From Minisyncoccota bacterium (lineage in GTDB: Bacteria > Patescibacteriota > Minisyncoccia > Phycocordibacterales > UBA5272), in contig JAGOQU010000004.1 in NCBI GenBank assembly GCA_018063165.1, positions 23,039 through 76,216 on the forward strand: 53,178 nucleotides of DNA. The letters are read 5' to 3'. Shown here piece after piece: positions 53,104-53,178 of this stretch. The position numbers and the translations under genes are program-made. The notes under the pieces are model-generated. The model worked only from the letters and a program-made list of their open reading frames with translations, did no database searches and had not been told where the DNA came from. Numbering within the stretch: position 1 is the stretch's first letter; each line of letters opens with the position of its first letter.

Positions 53104-53178
53104 TGAAATACAAGCATTTAAGTATTCTGGAACGTGAAAAACTCCAAGTATTACTTTGGCAAAAGAAAACGATTAGAT
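53104..53178 (+). CDS. N-terminal fragment of a possible IS30-family transposase / HTH protein (runs off the window)
   Basis: MKYKHLSILEREKLQVLLWQKKTIR resembles the HLT..ER..I..L N-terminal HTH of IS30-type transposases. Only 25 codons are visible. Confidence 0.3.

Noticed and set aside
51023-53178. Integrated prophage or genomic island defined by xerC, an XRE regulator and an IS30-like fragment.
   Set aside because: The recombinase has the housekeeping XerC/D-type N-terminus and sits beside uppS. No phage structural or replication genes and no convincing att repeats are visible. The evidence is limited to one short tRNA-like fragment.

Overview
AT-rich, gene-dense bacterial chromosomal segment. 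Gene content suggests a small-genome Patescibacteria/CPR-like organism; this is inference from a split comEC, rny, a trigger factor without a PPIase domain, an extended S12, and tRNA genes without encoded CCA next to a cca gene. The standard genetic code fits, because long housekeeping ORFs are intact. Recognisable genes are recG, rpsG, rpsL, rpmB, comEC (two pieces), dedA-like, rnhA, yvcK (interrupted), dinB, recJ, pyk, cca, yraN, hup, rny, clpP, rsmE, tig, ppa, nusA, a MacAB/HlyD-type ABC efflux set, tpiA, pgk, an ECF sigma cluster, xthA, uppS and xerC/D. There are five tRNA genes: Ile-GAU, Arg-UCG, Gly-GCC, Pro-UGG and Gly-UCC. No rRNA or CRISPR array is present. Five observations stand out. 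(1) Three of the five tRNA genes are followed by an inverted copy of their own 3' end. Each copy is split at the same position by a 9-bp hairpin with a C(T/C)GC loop, and each is followed by a direct partial copy that begins in the T-loop after a shared RTGAC. (2) Two identical 234-bp noncoding elements lie in a tandem module upstream of rsmE, and a diverged inverted relative lies next to tRNA-Gly. They carry three TGTC(C/T)..TTA motifs, a perfect DnaA-box 9-mer and an IS50-end-like 19-mer. (3) A 4.1-kb accessory insertion with a DinJ/YafQ toxin-antitoxin pair separates rpsL from rpsG. (4) A single in-frame TAA splits yvcK. (5) A 55-nt perfect, terminator-like palindrome sits inside the comEC reading frame.
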